Source: Eledone cirrhosa
Lineage: Eukaryota
Reading direction: 5' to 3'
NCBI GenBank assembly: GCA_964016885.1
Contig: OZ024743.1
Location: forward strand, 351,912,001 to 351,976,000
DNA: 64,000 bases
The position numbers and the translations under genes are program-made. Positions 39,462 through 52,614 of the stretch are shown in pieces. The notes under the pieces were generated by a model. That model was not told the DNA's origin and searched no databases. It saw only the letters and a program-made list of their open reading frames with translations. Numbering within the stretch: the first letter of the stretch is position 1; every line of letters starts with the position of its first letter.

Positions 39462-39618
39462 CATGCTTTCCAGCATAGTTACGTCCCTTTGCGGTCTGAG
39501 TTCAAATCCCGCGGAGGTTAACTTTGCCTTTCACCCTTACGGGGTCGATAAAATAAAGTACCAGTAATGCACTGTGATAATTGCTGGCCTTGTGCCAAAA
39601 GTAGAAACAATTATTATA
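39462..39618 (+). mobile_element. SINE, 5'-truncated
   Basis: CATGCTTTCCAGCATAG...GAGTTCAAATCC...GTCGATAAAATAAAGTACCAGT...GTAGAAACAATTATT matches the other copies. Confidence 0.85.
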
Positions 39619-39639
39619 ATTGCTTTACAGCATAGAGCT

Positions 39640-39779
39640 ATGGCTCTCCACGTTCTGAGCTTAAATCCCGCCGAGGTCAACCTTGTCTTTCATCCCCACG
39701 GAGTCAACAAAAGAGAGTACCAGTAATGCGCTGGACAAGTCGCTGGATCCGTGCCAAAAGCAGAAAAATTATTATTATT
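39640..39779 (+). mobile_element. Diverged SINE copy
   Basis: AAATCCCGCCGAGGTCAACCTTGTCTTTCATCC...GTACCAGTAATGC...GTGCCAAAAGCAGAAA. Confidence 0.7.
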
Positions 39780-40104
39780 GAAGTTGTTTTCTTAAGGCCC
39801 GGTCGCTGGTGATGGTGATGGCGGCGGCGGTGGTGGTGGTGGCAGTTGATGTTGTTGTTGTGTTGTGTGCGTGTGTGTGTGTTTTGTTATTTTGAGCTTT
39901 TTTTATTGTTTGTGGTTTTTTTGGTTTTTTTTTATCGTTTTATGCCGCTGTTGTTGTTGTTGTAAATGTTCATTTCAATTCATTCTGAAGCTGTTGTTGC
40001 TGTAAACATTAGTGCCGGTGTTGTAGATGTTGGGGTTGAAATCTGGTCGTTTGACTGAGTGATGTATATACACACATATACATACATATATATATAATAT
40101 ATAC

Positions 40105-40525
40105 GATCAAAAGATGGTTAAATGAGTTCCATGTATTTTATTATGCGCATTTCAAAAACAAATATCATCATGCAATAACATTTGTGTTTTCATCAGATAA
40201 AATAGGAAGACATGATATGAAGGTTAAAAACACTTGTGGATAGTGCAGTTTTAAATCAACATATATTGATATGTTGATTTAAAACTGCACTATCCACAAG
40301 TGTTTGTAACCTTCATATCATGTCTTCCTATTTTATCTGATGAAAACACAAATGTTATTGCATGATGATATTTGTTTTTGAAATGCGCATAATAAAATAC
40401 ATGGAACTCATTTAACCATCTTTTGATCTTATATATTATGTATACTCCAGTCCTACAAACTGTAGAGTGCTTCTTATCCGATATCTGCATTGCTTTATTG
40501 TACTACAATAAAACTCACCCCCTAC
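40105..40525. mobile_element. Solo PLE pseudo-LTR with inverted head (160-bp arms), two hammerheads
   Basis: 40105-40264 is the reverse complement of 40269-40428; 40269-40525 matches ~35306-35563. Confidence 0.85.
40329..40399 (+). ncRNA. Minimal hammerhead ribozyme (pLTR copy; mirror copy at 40134-40204 on minus)
   Basis: TATTTTAT-CTGATGA-stem II-GAAA-TGCGCA-TA-ATAAAATA. Confidence 0.83.
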
Positions 40526-41204
40526 ATACATATATATACACATTCAACACAGAGTAGAGAGTTTGACAACAGGTCGATGACTTTAGTCTAGATAGGGTAA
40601 TGACATGTGATGGTGGGGAGAGAGTGTAGACATTATTGTGGTGGTGGGGGACAGTGAGATATATCTAGTTCATTTGTCCGTTTTCTTCTCTTTTCAAAAT
40701 TTGAATTTTATATATATATATATCTATATCAAATGCTCTCAATGGGGGGCATATGCACCCCCAGGGGGCGTTTCGGAACTCAGGGGGGCGTTTGGGAGCA
40801 AGGGGACACTAGGGGTGTGGCGTTTTGAGCTTTGGAGTGCACTGGAAGGCTCTTTATTTTGGTAAGTTTTATAAGCCATATTTGTATGTCTTTGAGACAG
40901 CCAGAGTGAATGCATTTGAATGAGCATGCAGATTGCTTAACTATGGTATGACCGCAGGTGTGCAGGCGTGTTTAGACATTAACCAGCAATTGAGATCCTA
41001 ACAATGGACAAACCCACAGTCATCTGGGTCAATGACACTTCATCTGGGTCAATGACACTTCAAGCGCAGCCAGTTAGTATCTTGCCTTTCCTTCACTGTA
41101 TTTCATGTTTGAAATTATTGACTCAACCGTAACAAGTTAACACTATGTAGATCTATTTTAACCTATTGTATAAATAATATTACAAATAAAAAAAAAACAA
41201 AAAA

Positions 41205-41630
41205 AAACACAGAAGCGGGTAGCACACACATCTAGGACAACATACAACACATAATCAGATAATACACACATCTAGGACCACATACAATACATAAGCAGGT
41301 AATACACACATCTAGGACAACATACAACACATAAGTCGGTAATACACACATCTAGGACCAGATGTAACACAGAAGGAGGTAGCACACACATATACAACAC
41401 ACAGGCAAGTAATACATACATCTAGGACCACATACAACACATAATCAGGTAATACAAACATCTAGGATCACATACAACACATAATCAGGTAATACAAACA
41501 TCTAGGACCACATACAACACATAATCAGGTAATACATACATCTAGGACGACATGCAATACATAAGCAGGTAATACATACATCTATGACTACCTACAACAC
41601 ACAGGCAGGTAATACATACATCTAGGACGA
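41205..41630 (+). repeat. 40-bp minisatellite, ~10 copies
   Basis: Unit AATACACACATCTAGGACCACATACAACACATAATCAGGT. Confidence 0.92.
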
Positions 41631-42647
41631 CGGAAGAGCAATGGTCGGCCAACATAAGGGTTTCGTCACTCTTCTGAAGAGAGAAAGTCTATCTGTATTT
41701 GTTGTTCACTGTGTCATTCATCGACAACACTTGGCTGTGAAGAAACTTGCTGGTGGCCATTGATGTCATCAATTTTATCAAACGGCATTCCCTCAATGAA
41801 CGAATTTTCCGGCAACTGTGCCAAGATAATGACGAAGAATTTGTCAAGTTGCTCCTTCATAATGAAGTGAGGTGGCTTTCAAAGGGCAAGTGCCTTACTC
41901 ACTTCTTTGAACTGTTTGACTCTATGATTGAGTTTCTGCGAGGATGCAGCACAAAACTGTACAAGAAAACCCTCGATATGAGGCAAAACTGCGCCTACTT
42001 CACCGACATCTTCGACAAATGCAACAGCGTCATTTTGGCTTTGCAGGGGAAGAAGATCACCTTGCTTAAAGCAAGGAATGCTGTGAAAACATTCCTGGCC
42101 AAATTGAATGTCATCGAAAGGAATCTTTGTTGACGGGAATTCTATAATTTTCCTAGTGTCGCCAATGTTCAAAACATTGTAAGCGATGACCAACTCCAAA
42201 TTTATACCACTCACCTCCGTGCGCTACAAGACAACATGAGAGAACGGTTTGTCGACCTTTTGCCGATGGACATCCCAATGTGGGTAGCAGACCTTTATAG
42301 TTAACGTCGATGATTTGGACGTTATATTTCAGGAAGAATTCATTGAACTTCAAGCAGATGACATGATCAAAATTAGATTTCCCAAAATAGGTGAACCCCT
42401 TTTTTGGATGCAAGAGGAAATTCAGCGTCGATTTCCACACCTACATGCAGAGGCTAAGAGATTTGCTCTGCCTTTTCCAAGCTCATACTTAGTCAAGAGG
42501 AGGTTTGGTGCTGTTTCCAGACTGCACAGTAAGGCTCGCAACCACTACAGTGTAATTACATGTGGAGATCTCCGGCTACATCTTACGAAAATCCAGCCTG
42601 ACGTCAAAGAGTTAGCTAGACTCCATGAAGTTCAAGGGTCCCATTGA
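41629..42647 (+). pseudogene. hAT transposase C-terminal remnant
   Basis: DGRAMVG..GF, HCVIHRQHLA, LLHNEVRWLSKGK, LALQGK, LPFPSSYLV..FG, GDLRLHLTKIQPD; interrupted by stops and frameshifts. Confidence 0.88.
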
Positions 42648-43305
42648 AATGAGGTCAAAGTTAAAGTAAGTTGATTTACCGAAAACATAGATATACTATT
42701 GTTACAAAGCAAACTAACAATTTTTTTTATTTGTAGTTGCAGTCTGACTGGACTGGAAACCATCTACTACAATTCACTTACTCATTTTTTGTTTATATTT
42801 TACCATTTACTAATAAATATACCCTCCCGCGTGGTCATGAAAACCCTCTTCCGTGGTCTCTAAGCTCACAAAGCAGAGAGGACGTCAAGTTAGATATCAA
42901 CATTTATTCTGTCTGTTTCATTAAAGGGAAAACTGGAAAGCTTTGAAATGATATAATTGCCATTTTCTTCCAGATAAGAGCACTCTTTGGATAGAGTTGC
43001 TCTTGTATAAATTTTCAAAATAGTTGGTATCGCCTGGTGGGAATATAACAAATTCAACTGGTCCTTATTCATAAAAAAGAACATTTATGTTCCTTTTTTG
43101 AAATTTATATATTTCCTTTCAAGGAATGTATTTATACTCTCAGCTGCCTGCAATGGTATCTTTGGAATATTGTTAATCAATTTTTTAATAATCTACAGAT
43201 ATCAAAATCAGTAGTATATTAAAAAATGGAAAAATAGGGTAGGGGGCGTTTCGTGATTTCGAGGGACAAAAGGGGGCGTTTGGCCTAAATGAGTTGAGAA
43301 CCTGT

Positions 43306-43420
<115 letters not shown>

Positions 43421-43816
43421 TGTAGATATATGGTGGGTGTGTGTATATGTGTATTTTTATATAATTGTTTATGTGTGTATATATATAATAGCCTCAGAAA
43501 CGGCTTGAGCTCTGCCGTCGGTGTCATACTTTTCCTATATATATATGTATATGTATGTATGTATATATGTGTGTATTTGTATGGTTGTGTGTGTGTGTAT
43601 ATATATATATATGTATATGTGTATGTGTATGTATATGCATAATTACATACAGTGATTTAATGCTTATTTTCATTGATTATTTGCTCCAGGAACTTGTTGA
43701 GTGCTCTAAATCACCTATAAACATTTATACCCTTTTCTAATTATTTATTTATTTATTATTTGTCGTATTCCCAACTATTTGTTTACCCCTTTCACCTTTT
43801 TATTTATATATATATA

Positions 43817-44285
43817 CTAGCAGAGGTACCCGGCGTTGCTCGGATATTAAATAGCAGTTGTGTATACCATTTATGTCAATACTACAGTGCTGCTTCGAAA
43901 ACTATACTTTTACAAAATCATCCGCTTTTTCCAAAAGGGGGTTCCTGCCCCCAGGGGTCCCCTACCCAATATGTGCTAATTCTGAGAGTTCACATTCATC
44001 TGTAGGACAAACGTAGCCCATGTGTCAAGTTTTGTGAAAATCAGTTGCGAACTCCAGAAGTTATGACGATTTGTTGCATTGCACTGCAGTGCTTCAGTCG
44101 ACTCCAAGGAAGTGGTTAAAGTGGTTAAAGGGGTTATCTGCCGGGGAGGGGGGGGGGGGGGGCTATAATCAATATCTGGAAAAATGACAGTGCGCATGAC
44201 CATCCGGAGTACATAAGTAACCTATGTCTTAAGTTTGGTGAAAATATTGTAGAAATGCATAAGGTTTATACATACGCGCGTGCGT

Positions 44286-44361
<76 letters not shown>

Positions 44362-45629
44362 TTGTGTGTGCGTATGTATGTGTATGTCCGTCGGGGCATA
44401 CGTATGTACTGGCCTAAATCTTCACTATTTACTTTTACTATTTTAATAACCTCTGTCATTTTCGTTTTCAATTTTATTTACATCATTCTTAAACTCCATG
44501 GTTGGAAATCATTCTGTTATTTTAAATAGAATATTAGTCTAACGACTCCATTTATACCATAAACTTGTCTTTGCATTAAATTGTTCTTCACGCTCCACAT
44601 AACGATATATTATCCTCGCTTTTTTCCCGTTCCTTACAGGGAACGACTTCACGAACCAAAATATCGTCTTCCTATTTTCGTTTGGTTGCAACGTTTCTCG
44701 AAATATTTACTTCTGCGTTCACAGATAACTTTCAGTTCAATTTGAATGGGAAATTCCTGTTTCATCGATTTTATCCGTAACCATGGAAGCTTGTAGTAGC
44801 CAAAAGTTTATTAACAGCGAAATAACGTTGTCTTTGATATGTTATTTTAAATAAGACAATGAATTGAAAAATACTACTTACTGTTAGTGGTGGTTAACAT
44901 GTATTAGAAATAAAATGAAAATGATATCTGAAAAAACGTACTTGAGAACATGATTCCCTTCTTCGCAATTTAAGGGTTTTATTTCTTTTGATGGAAAACA
45001 GTGACTGTTTTCGGTTTGGCATTTCGTAAAATGGTACTGCAGAATTGATTTCATAAAACGGTACTGTATGATAGTTTACACTTTGATTGCCCTGGTCAGC
45101 AAGAGGGGCTTCTATATATTAGATATTTATTAGAAGAGGGGGAAATAACTAACCCCAGTATTAGAACAGAGGGTTCGCAATGTATGGGTTTTATTTCTTT
45201 TGTTAGAAAACAGTTACTTTTTCGATTTGGCATTTCGTAAAATTCTACTGCAGACTCGATTTCATAAAACAGTACTGTATGATCGTTATAGAATTATTTA
45301 AATTTAATATAGAGCAATTATATTTTAAAAATGAAAATGAAACGTACTGTAGTAGCCAAAAGTTTATTAACAGCGAAATAACGTTGTCTTTGATATGTTT
45401 TTTTAGACAAAAGTATTAGAACAGGGGGAAATAACTCACTGAACGCGATAGTTTTGGGGCCCCAGGGACCACATTTTTCAAGTTAGAGATTTGAAGCCTC
45501 GTCTATTTGCTTCCTTGGTACTTTTTACATAGGTGTGTAAATTTTTACGTCCGTCCGACCACGTCTACTACCATTTAACCGTGCACATCTGAATTTCAAC
45601 CACCGCCCATTTCACAAATATATATTAGA
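43817..45629 (-). mobile_element. Non-autonomous Helitron-like element
   Basis: Minus-strand 3' end: hairpin CCGAGC-AAC-GCCGGG, then CTAG|T (43817-43820); 5' A|TC at 45629 (alternative at 45123); internal duplications (~44791-44843/45348-45400, ~44975-45070/45186-45282) and (GT)n. Confidence 0.65.
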
Positions 45630-45717
45630 TAATATTTATGTATTTTCTTATATATATATGTGTGTGTGTATATGTATATATATACATGTATATGTATATA
45701 TATACATACATATATAT

Positions 45718-46935
45718 TATGCCAAACCCATGACTTCCAAACATCTGATCCACCGAAACTCGGCTGTTTCGGACCATACCAAAATCAACATACTGATTGC
45801 GGATTTGGTACGGGTGATGAGAAACGTGTCCCGCATGTGCAACCCCGAAGAACTAGAGAGACACATACAACACTTCATCCACCGTATGCAGTTCTCTGGT
45901 TACAATCAGAGAGATAAAATCAGAGTGTATAGAGGAGCCAGAACCAAATGGGAAAAAATGGTAAATAATGACACAAATGGGACCTGCCCCTTGTATAGGA
46001 ACAACTTTTGGAATATAATAGAAATAACTAGGAATAAGGCTAATAGAATAAACTCATGGTATGATAGCAATAAATACCAGAGTGTAATGTTCATCGATAC
46101 AACCCCTAGAGGTGAATTAGCTTACAAATTTAGAAGGGCCCTAGATAAACATAAACTCAATATTAAGATAGTAGAAAGACCAGGTACCTCCGTAAAAACA
46201 CTTATTAGCAAGGCATACCCTTTTCAAAGACCCCCTGTATAGATAAGAAATATATAACCTGTAAAATAAGCCCCCATATTAACTGTAAAACTAGAAATGT
46301 AGTGTATAGCATAAGATGTACTGAAGGACAATGTAGAGACAAAAATATAGTGTACATAGGTGAGACAGCCCGTAGTGTACGGGAACGGATAAATGAACAC
46401 TGGCGAGACCTTCAAGATAGTAAAGAATCATCTGTACTCTACCAACATGCTAAAATAGAACATAAGGGTAAATTAGAGGACATAGAAATAAAAATAGAAT
46501 CTACACACAGAAAAGACGCAATGTTTAGACAAATCACAGAGGCAATAAACATAAAAGAATTACAACCAAAATTAAATAGAAAATATGAGTGGAACAGCAA
46601 CATCACAACTTACAATTAAGGACAAAATGAAAACACACACACACATAGAACAAACAACCAACCGGTAACATGTAAATAAACAAATAAATAAACAAATATA
46701 AACACACACAGACACCCGGATGTGGCGCATGCGCAGACTGAACACACAACACACACACAGAAACGAAATGGCGTAGGACAGAACAAAGGAGAGGCACAAA
46801 AACAAAGAAAAGAATCCCCAGTCACTGATGAGGTCACAGAATGTGTGACGAAAGAACTTTGAAATAAAATAATATGCACGCGGGTCAATTAATTTTTTCA
46901 ACAATTTTAACCTTGCGTGTGAAGAACTCAATTAG
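45718..46935 (+). mobile_element. Penelope-like element 3' part (RT thumb + GIY-YIG), different subfamily, frameshifted
   Basis: YAKPMTSKHLIHRNSA...FSGY thumb; CKTRNVVYSIRC...YIGETARSVRERINEH...RQITEAINIKELQPKLNRKYE; 5'-truncated at a TA/TG microsatellite. Confidence 0.82.
46821..46863 (+). ncRNA. Minimal hammerhead in the PLE 3' region, partly decayed
   Basis: TCA-CTGATGA-G-GTCACA(GAATG)TGTGAC-GAAA-GAAC-TT-TGA; stem I only 3 bp. Confidence 0.6.
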
Positions 46936-47844
46936 ATTTAAAAAAAATAAATATATGCATGTATTATTTATACACGCATATAGGTATTTTCTTAGGCTAA
47001 AAACAGAGATATGATACCAGAATAACAATCAATATTTCATAGAAATAATAAATACGGAAAGTTACACTTAAAAGGTATCTGGAAATATTCATCTCTGGCC
47101 AAATCAAGAGTATAATATTTAATACATTAACAGAGAAAGTTTTAAGCTATACTCTGACTGGCTTCCATCTCACTCAACAAACATTAGGATATACCTTAGT
47201 ATAATCCCAATTTTACGTTTGGGGTACTAACTATATGTATTTTGCGGATAGCCAGTTGTATTATTTTATATGAGACATAATTAAAATACATCTCTCTTTC
47301 CAAACAATTGTTTCATTATAAGTTTTCTACAAGTTATATATATATATATTTAAGAGTTAAACAAGGTTCAATGAATACATCTAAGAATGAGTTTTACACA
47401 CATACATGTGTGTGTATGTATTTATATGTATGTGTGTGTGTATATGTATGTATATATATGTATATATATATGTGTCTGTGTGTGTATGTATATGTGTATG
47501 TATGTGTATATGCATATGTATGTATTTGTGTGTGTGTGTGTATTTATTTTTATGTATGTATGTGTATGTGCAATTGTGTGTATTGCTTACCACGTGTGTT
47601 TGTTCATTTATTTGTTGCCTGTATCGCTGTCAACTTTATAATAATTTTTACATTTATTTTTATTCTTATGTGACGGTATTTTTATTATCATATTTTTTCT
47701 TATAATTAATTGTGTGTGTGCGTATGTAGGTGTGTGTACATATATCTATATTTGTGTATGCATATGTATGCGTGTATATATGTGTGTATGTATATGTGTG
47801 TATGTACGTGTGTATATATGTATGATTATGTGTATGTATATATA

Positions 47845-48029
47845 GGGCGGTGGATTGGCAGTATCGGTAGAGGGTCGGACGCCATGCTTTCCAGCATAGT
47901 TACGTCCCTTTACGATCTGAGTTCAAATCCCTCCGAGGTTGACTTTGCCTTTCATCCTTACGGGGTCGATAAAATAAAGTACCAGTAATGCACTGGTTAA
48001 TTGCTGGCCTTGTGCCTAAAGTAGATACA
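47845..48029 (+). mobile_element. Full-length tRNA-derived SINE
   Basis: A-box TGGCAGTATCGG, B-box GAGTTCAAATCC; TSD ATTATGTGTATGTATATATA on both sides. Confidence 0.9.
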
Positions 48030-48597
48030 ATTATGTGTATGTATATATATATATATATATATATAGTAGAATAATCGAGTATCGAAAAATCGGCGCACGA
48101 GTTCACGATAAACAAATTTCGACATGAGTGGCAGAGGGCTCAATAATTCAGAGAAATCAGAGCTGTAACTATCGTTAAAATACCAACACACATAGATCAT
48201 GTCTAAAATCAACCATACGACCGAAAAATTACGATCAGGAAGATTCGGGTCACTCAGATAAAATATCAATAAATCAATAAATCATGTGAATGTAAAAAGC
48301 TTACCCGGACCCACTAGAAAGATGGTAAATCTAGCTTCTTGGGTTTCTGTAAATCCTTAAACCGCCCACTATCAGCCCACATAAAAATATATAAGACTTC
48401 TAGAGAGCGGCGGACAGGAAATACTTTATCAACGAGCTTTGTCCAGACGAATAAAAAAGCCAACCCTAGCTGAAAACGCACATGGAATCCAGCAAGGGAG
48501 ATAACCTCTATATCCGCGAAAAATATTCGGGAATGTGGAAAATCACATATCGAATAAGAGTGCTCAATAGACATGTTATATAGATAGATAGATGTAT

Positions 48598-48867
48598 ATA
48601 CAATATATTAACAAATGGAAACTATATTTATAAAACCATATTTATTTCATTTTACATATTTCAAGGATATCAAAGAAAATTATGGTGCGCTTTCATCAGA
48701 TAAAATATAATATAGATCAGTTTTATAAACAAATATTGACATACGCTTAAAGAATGCGACATGTCGGTTGGAAGCTCCCTTGAAATATGCTTTGGTGTCC
48801 TTGAAATATGTATAATGAAATAAATATGGTTTTATAAATATAGTTTCCATTTGTTAATATATTGTAT
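48598..48867. repeat. ~78-bp inverted repeat with 114-bp spacer (possible decayed PLE inverted pLTR)
   Basis: 48598-48675 is the reverse complement of 48790-48867 with a few mismatches; the spacer has a hammerhead-like remnant TATTTTATCTGATGAAAGCGC on minus. Confidence 0.7.
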
Positions 48868-48921
48868 TTTTACTCCAATAATTTGTTGCTTGTTGTATCC
48901 CAACAAATTAAATATAACTTC

Positions 48922-48996
<75 letters not shown>

Positions 48997-50249
48997 GTGT
49001 CTGTGTTTGTGTATTTGTGTGTATCTATGTATAGATATGTTGATATATATGTGTGTATGTATGTATATGTATATGTATGTGTATTTGTACGTGTATGTAT
49101 ATGTGTATGTATGCATATATATATATATGTATATGTATGTATATATATGTGTATGTATATATGTGTGTTTGTAATTGTGTATGTGTGTGCATGTGTGTTT
49201 ATTTTTCCTTTCCTTCTTCCTTTTCCAGCCTCACTTTCATATAGATTATATTTTTGTTTTTAAAATCTAATGTCAATAAATACACCAGGATTCTTTCATT
49301 CTGATAATTGAAAGCAAAATTTGTTTGCTTTCAAGAAACCACTGGTAAATGAAATAATTGCCTTATGTTGTTTATTACATAACTATATATATATATATAC
49401 ATATATGTGTGTGTGTGTTTGTGTATTTGTGTGTATGTGTATTTGTACGTGTATGTATGTGTGTATGTATATATATATGTATGTATATGTGTATGTGTGT
49501 GTATATGTGTATGTGTATGTATATGTGCGTGTGTGCATGTGTGAATATTACATAACTATATATATATATATAAATTAATAAAAACAATGAAATAAAAACA
49601 AAGAACAAGTTCTTTATATTAAAAAAATTCATCATTTTACGATCGTTTCTAGGATGTATATGTGTGTTGGTATGTATATCATATAGATCTATGTAAAAAT
49701 ATTACAAACTATCAGAGGAAATATACATACCTTAACATATATATGCTGTCTTCAGAAATGATGAAATTTGTTTATTGAAACAAAAACCAACAAAGATTTA
49801 ATATAAAAGGTCTGCTTGGGAACAGGTTTTGAATTGACCAATAGAAAAGTAGTTAGAGGTCAAGTTGATAGAATAGTAGTAGTAGAAATTTAATTTAGGG
49901 GTAGAGGAGTGCAGACTTATGTTTTGAATGAAAAGAATACTTTGAATGTAAAGAATACTTTGGGGATGAAAAGAGATCAAGCCAGTGAAAGGTACACGAA
50001 AATTTGATGTTATAGGGATAGGGGTAGTAGTGAGAAATACCAATCTTATATAAACTACAAGGAATCTAGATTCATAACAGCAAATTAAATTAATTTATAG
50101 GTATACTTTTAGGTAATAATTTTTCGGAAAAGAGAGCTGTAAGAGGGAAATAAAATTATGAAGTTCTCTGTAGTAAAGTACTAATTATAGGTTAACTAAA
50201 TTAAAAAACTAATTATAATAATATTTAAAATATAAATGTAAGGTGTATA

Positions 50250-51656
50250 TTAATTAGGTTTATAATATTTGAATGTTCTTCTAATTCTATGATTGCAAGA
50301 TATAATTAATTCCTGTCGCTTATTTAATAGGATATCCTTAGAGTTCATGATTTCAAAAAGTTCCTGGGAGCATAGTCTACACTCGTATCTGTTATTTTGA
50401 TAAGGGGTGGCCCTTTTGAGCACACTCCAGGTCAGGTTGTAATCGATATTCTTCTTTCTATAATTATTAATTGTTTCAGCCAAGGATGTTGTATTAGCTA
50501 ATGCAGCATTTTTAAAACTATGTTACTTTAAATTGGTTAGACATAGCTCCTATATATGAATAAGTGGAGTCCTTAGTGCTAATTTTACATTTATAGACTA
50601 TGTTATTAATAAGACAATTTCCTTTTAATGAGCAATTTCTTTTGATTCTACAGTTACAACCACTCGTGAATATTATATCAGGGGAGTTACTCGACTTGTT
50701 ACAGGTGAAGGAGATGGTGGTTTGTTGCGGTTTATTTTAGTATTATGGTTGGTTTGATGTGTTGGTGGTATATTTGATTTTTTTTAACATTTATATGTGT
50801 TGTACGCACTTATATTTTGTTGTATATTTTTGGTAGTGGAGTATGAAAATTTGGCAGTTGATCTATTTAAAATTTGATGGTATTTATGGTTTGGCGGGAA
50901 GTTTTTCTCTAGGATAGTAAAAAACTTTTTAAGGATATTATCTTTAATTCGTAGATTAAATGGAGCATTATACCAAGTAACCCGTCTATTACGGTTTCGA
51001 TATTTTTTAAAAATATTTATACGATGTATCAGGATGTTTACTAAGAGAGTTACTATTAGTGAATTTATTATATATAGGTTTAGTTAGATTGACTGATTTA
51101 GGTGTTTTAGTCTGATTATTAGGAATTTTGTTAGTAATGTTGTTAACATATATTGGAGTATTATTAGGATGAATGGTTTTTTGAAAGTCATTATATTTTA
51201 TGTGAGAAGAGGTAGAGAAATTAAGTTTTAGGTTGGTATTTTTGGGTGTAGTATGAGTAGCATTTAGGTGTGGGTTTTTCATTTGGTGTTTGTTGGTAAT
51301 ATTGGGTTGTATGTTTGAAGTATTATTGGTGCAAGGTATATAGACTAATTTGTTTAAGATGAAAGGTTAAAGATTCTGAGTGAGATATTATATGCTAGGT
51401 TTTTAAGGATAGATCTAGGGTGACTGGATTGTGAGTGTATGTAATGTAAATTTTGGTCAGGTTTATGGTAAGGTTGGTAGATTCCCGTAGACAAGTCTAA
51501 AGTTATATCTAGGAAATTGACTATTTTACTGGTGTTTTCAAATGTAATAGTGAGATTGTAATAGTCTTTGAGGAAAGTTCTAATAAGTTTTTTATTTTTT
51601 TCAATTGCTGATAGGCTAAGATTAGTGGAAAGAAGAAGACAGTCATCACGATATAA

Positions 51657-51659
<3 letters not shown>
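50250..51659 (-). pseudogene. Degenerate Naiad-type PLE RT/GIY-YIG
   Basis: YRDDCLLL at ~51630-51655; WYNAPFNL; GCNCRIKRNCSLKGNCLINNIVY...YIG; CRLCSQE..LLNKRQELIISCNHR; frameshifted; truncated at (TA)n. Confidence 0.85.
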
Positions 51660-51745
<86 letters not shown>

Positions 51746-52614
51746 AAAGTATAGAAATTATTATGAGCAAGAAGCACACAGTATTTCATAATATATAAGT
51801 GACTATAGCGTCAAAATGGGAAAATAGTTAACGTAAGATGTGGGAAAAATAATTCAAACTCAATTCAAAAAGAATCAGGATATAGATTCATCTAACAGAA
51901 TTTAGTGAAATCCAGGGAAAAAATCAATAGAGCCTTAACTCATGATAAAATAAAGTTTAAAATATTCATCCTTCAATTTGGAAAAACTACAAATGCTCTG
52001 TATAGTCTTGAAAAGACTATTTCACGAAACTTTCAGTGGTGATGGTCACGGTTGGATTAGATCATCAGCAGAGCTCAACACGATAACCAAAATCTCACTG
52101 ATTATAATATGCCAGAAAGGGAATTTAAAAGCAGGCTAGTTCAACATCATGCGTAATTATGAAAATAAAACGCACATGTGGAGACAGGGCTGGTGACGTC
52201 AGAATGAGACATATGTTTGTTTACATGAAATAACAGTCACAAACATTCCGAAAAAAACTCTACAATAAGGAGTTCAGAAAAAGCAATATTATCGCGGTTT
52301 TTTAAAAAAAAGACCAGGATTAGTCACAAATAATTTAAGCACTCTAGGAAAGAAATCCGAGTATAAATATAAATGAAAAGTATAGAAATTATTATGAGCA
52401 AGGAGCACACAGTATTTCATAATATATAAGTGACTATAGCGTCAAAATGGGAAAATAGTTAACGTAAGATGCGGGAAAAATAATTCAAACTCAATTCAAA
52501 AAGAATCAGGATATAGATTCATCCAACAGAATTTAGTGAAATCCAGGGAAAAATCAATAGAGCCTTAACTCATGATAAAATAAAGTTTTAAATACTCATC
52601 CTTCAATTTGGAAA
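51746..52614 (-). mobile_element. ~631-bp unit in 1.4 tandem copies with a hammerhead motif (second retrozyme-like family)
   Basis: 51746-51984 is repeated at 52377-52614; the left end abuts (TA)n 51661-51743. Confidence 0.7.
51995..52074 (-). ncRNA. Type I hammerhead candidate with full-length stem III
   Basis: Minus strand GCTCTG-CTGATGA-(38 nt)-GAAA-TAGTCTT-TTC-AAGACTA-TA^CAGAGC: perfect 6-bp stem I and 7-bp stem III; stem II poorly paired. Confidence 0.65.

Noticed and set aside
41674-41690. CTGAAGA-GA-GAAA motif
   Set aside because: Lies in transposase coding sequence with no flanking stems.
47845-47930. tRNA gene
   Set aside because: A and B boxes are present but there is no cloverleaf; it is the head of a multi-copy SINE with TSDs.
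49715-49760. Minus-strand CTGAAGA plus hairpin downstream of the 50.3-kb PLE
   Set aside because: No GAAA or stem III follows.
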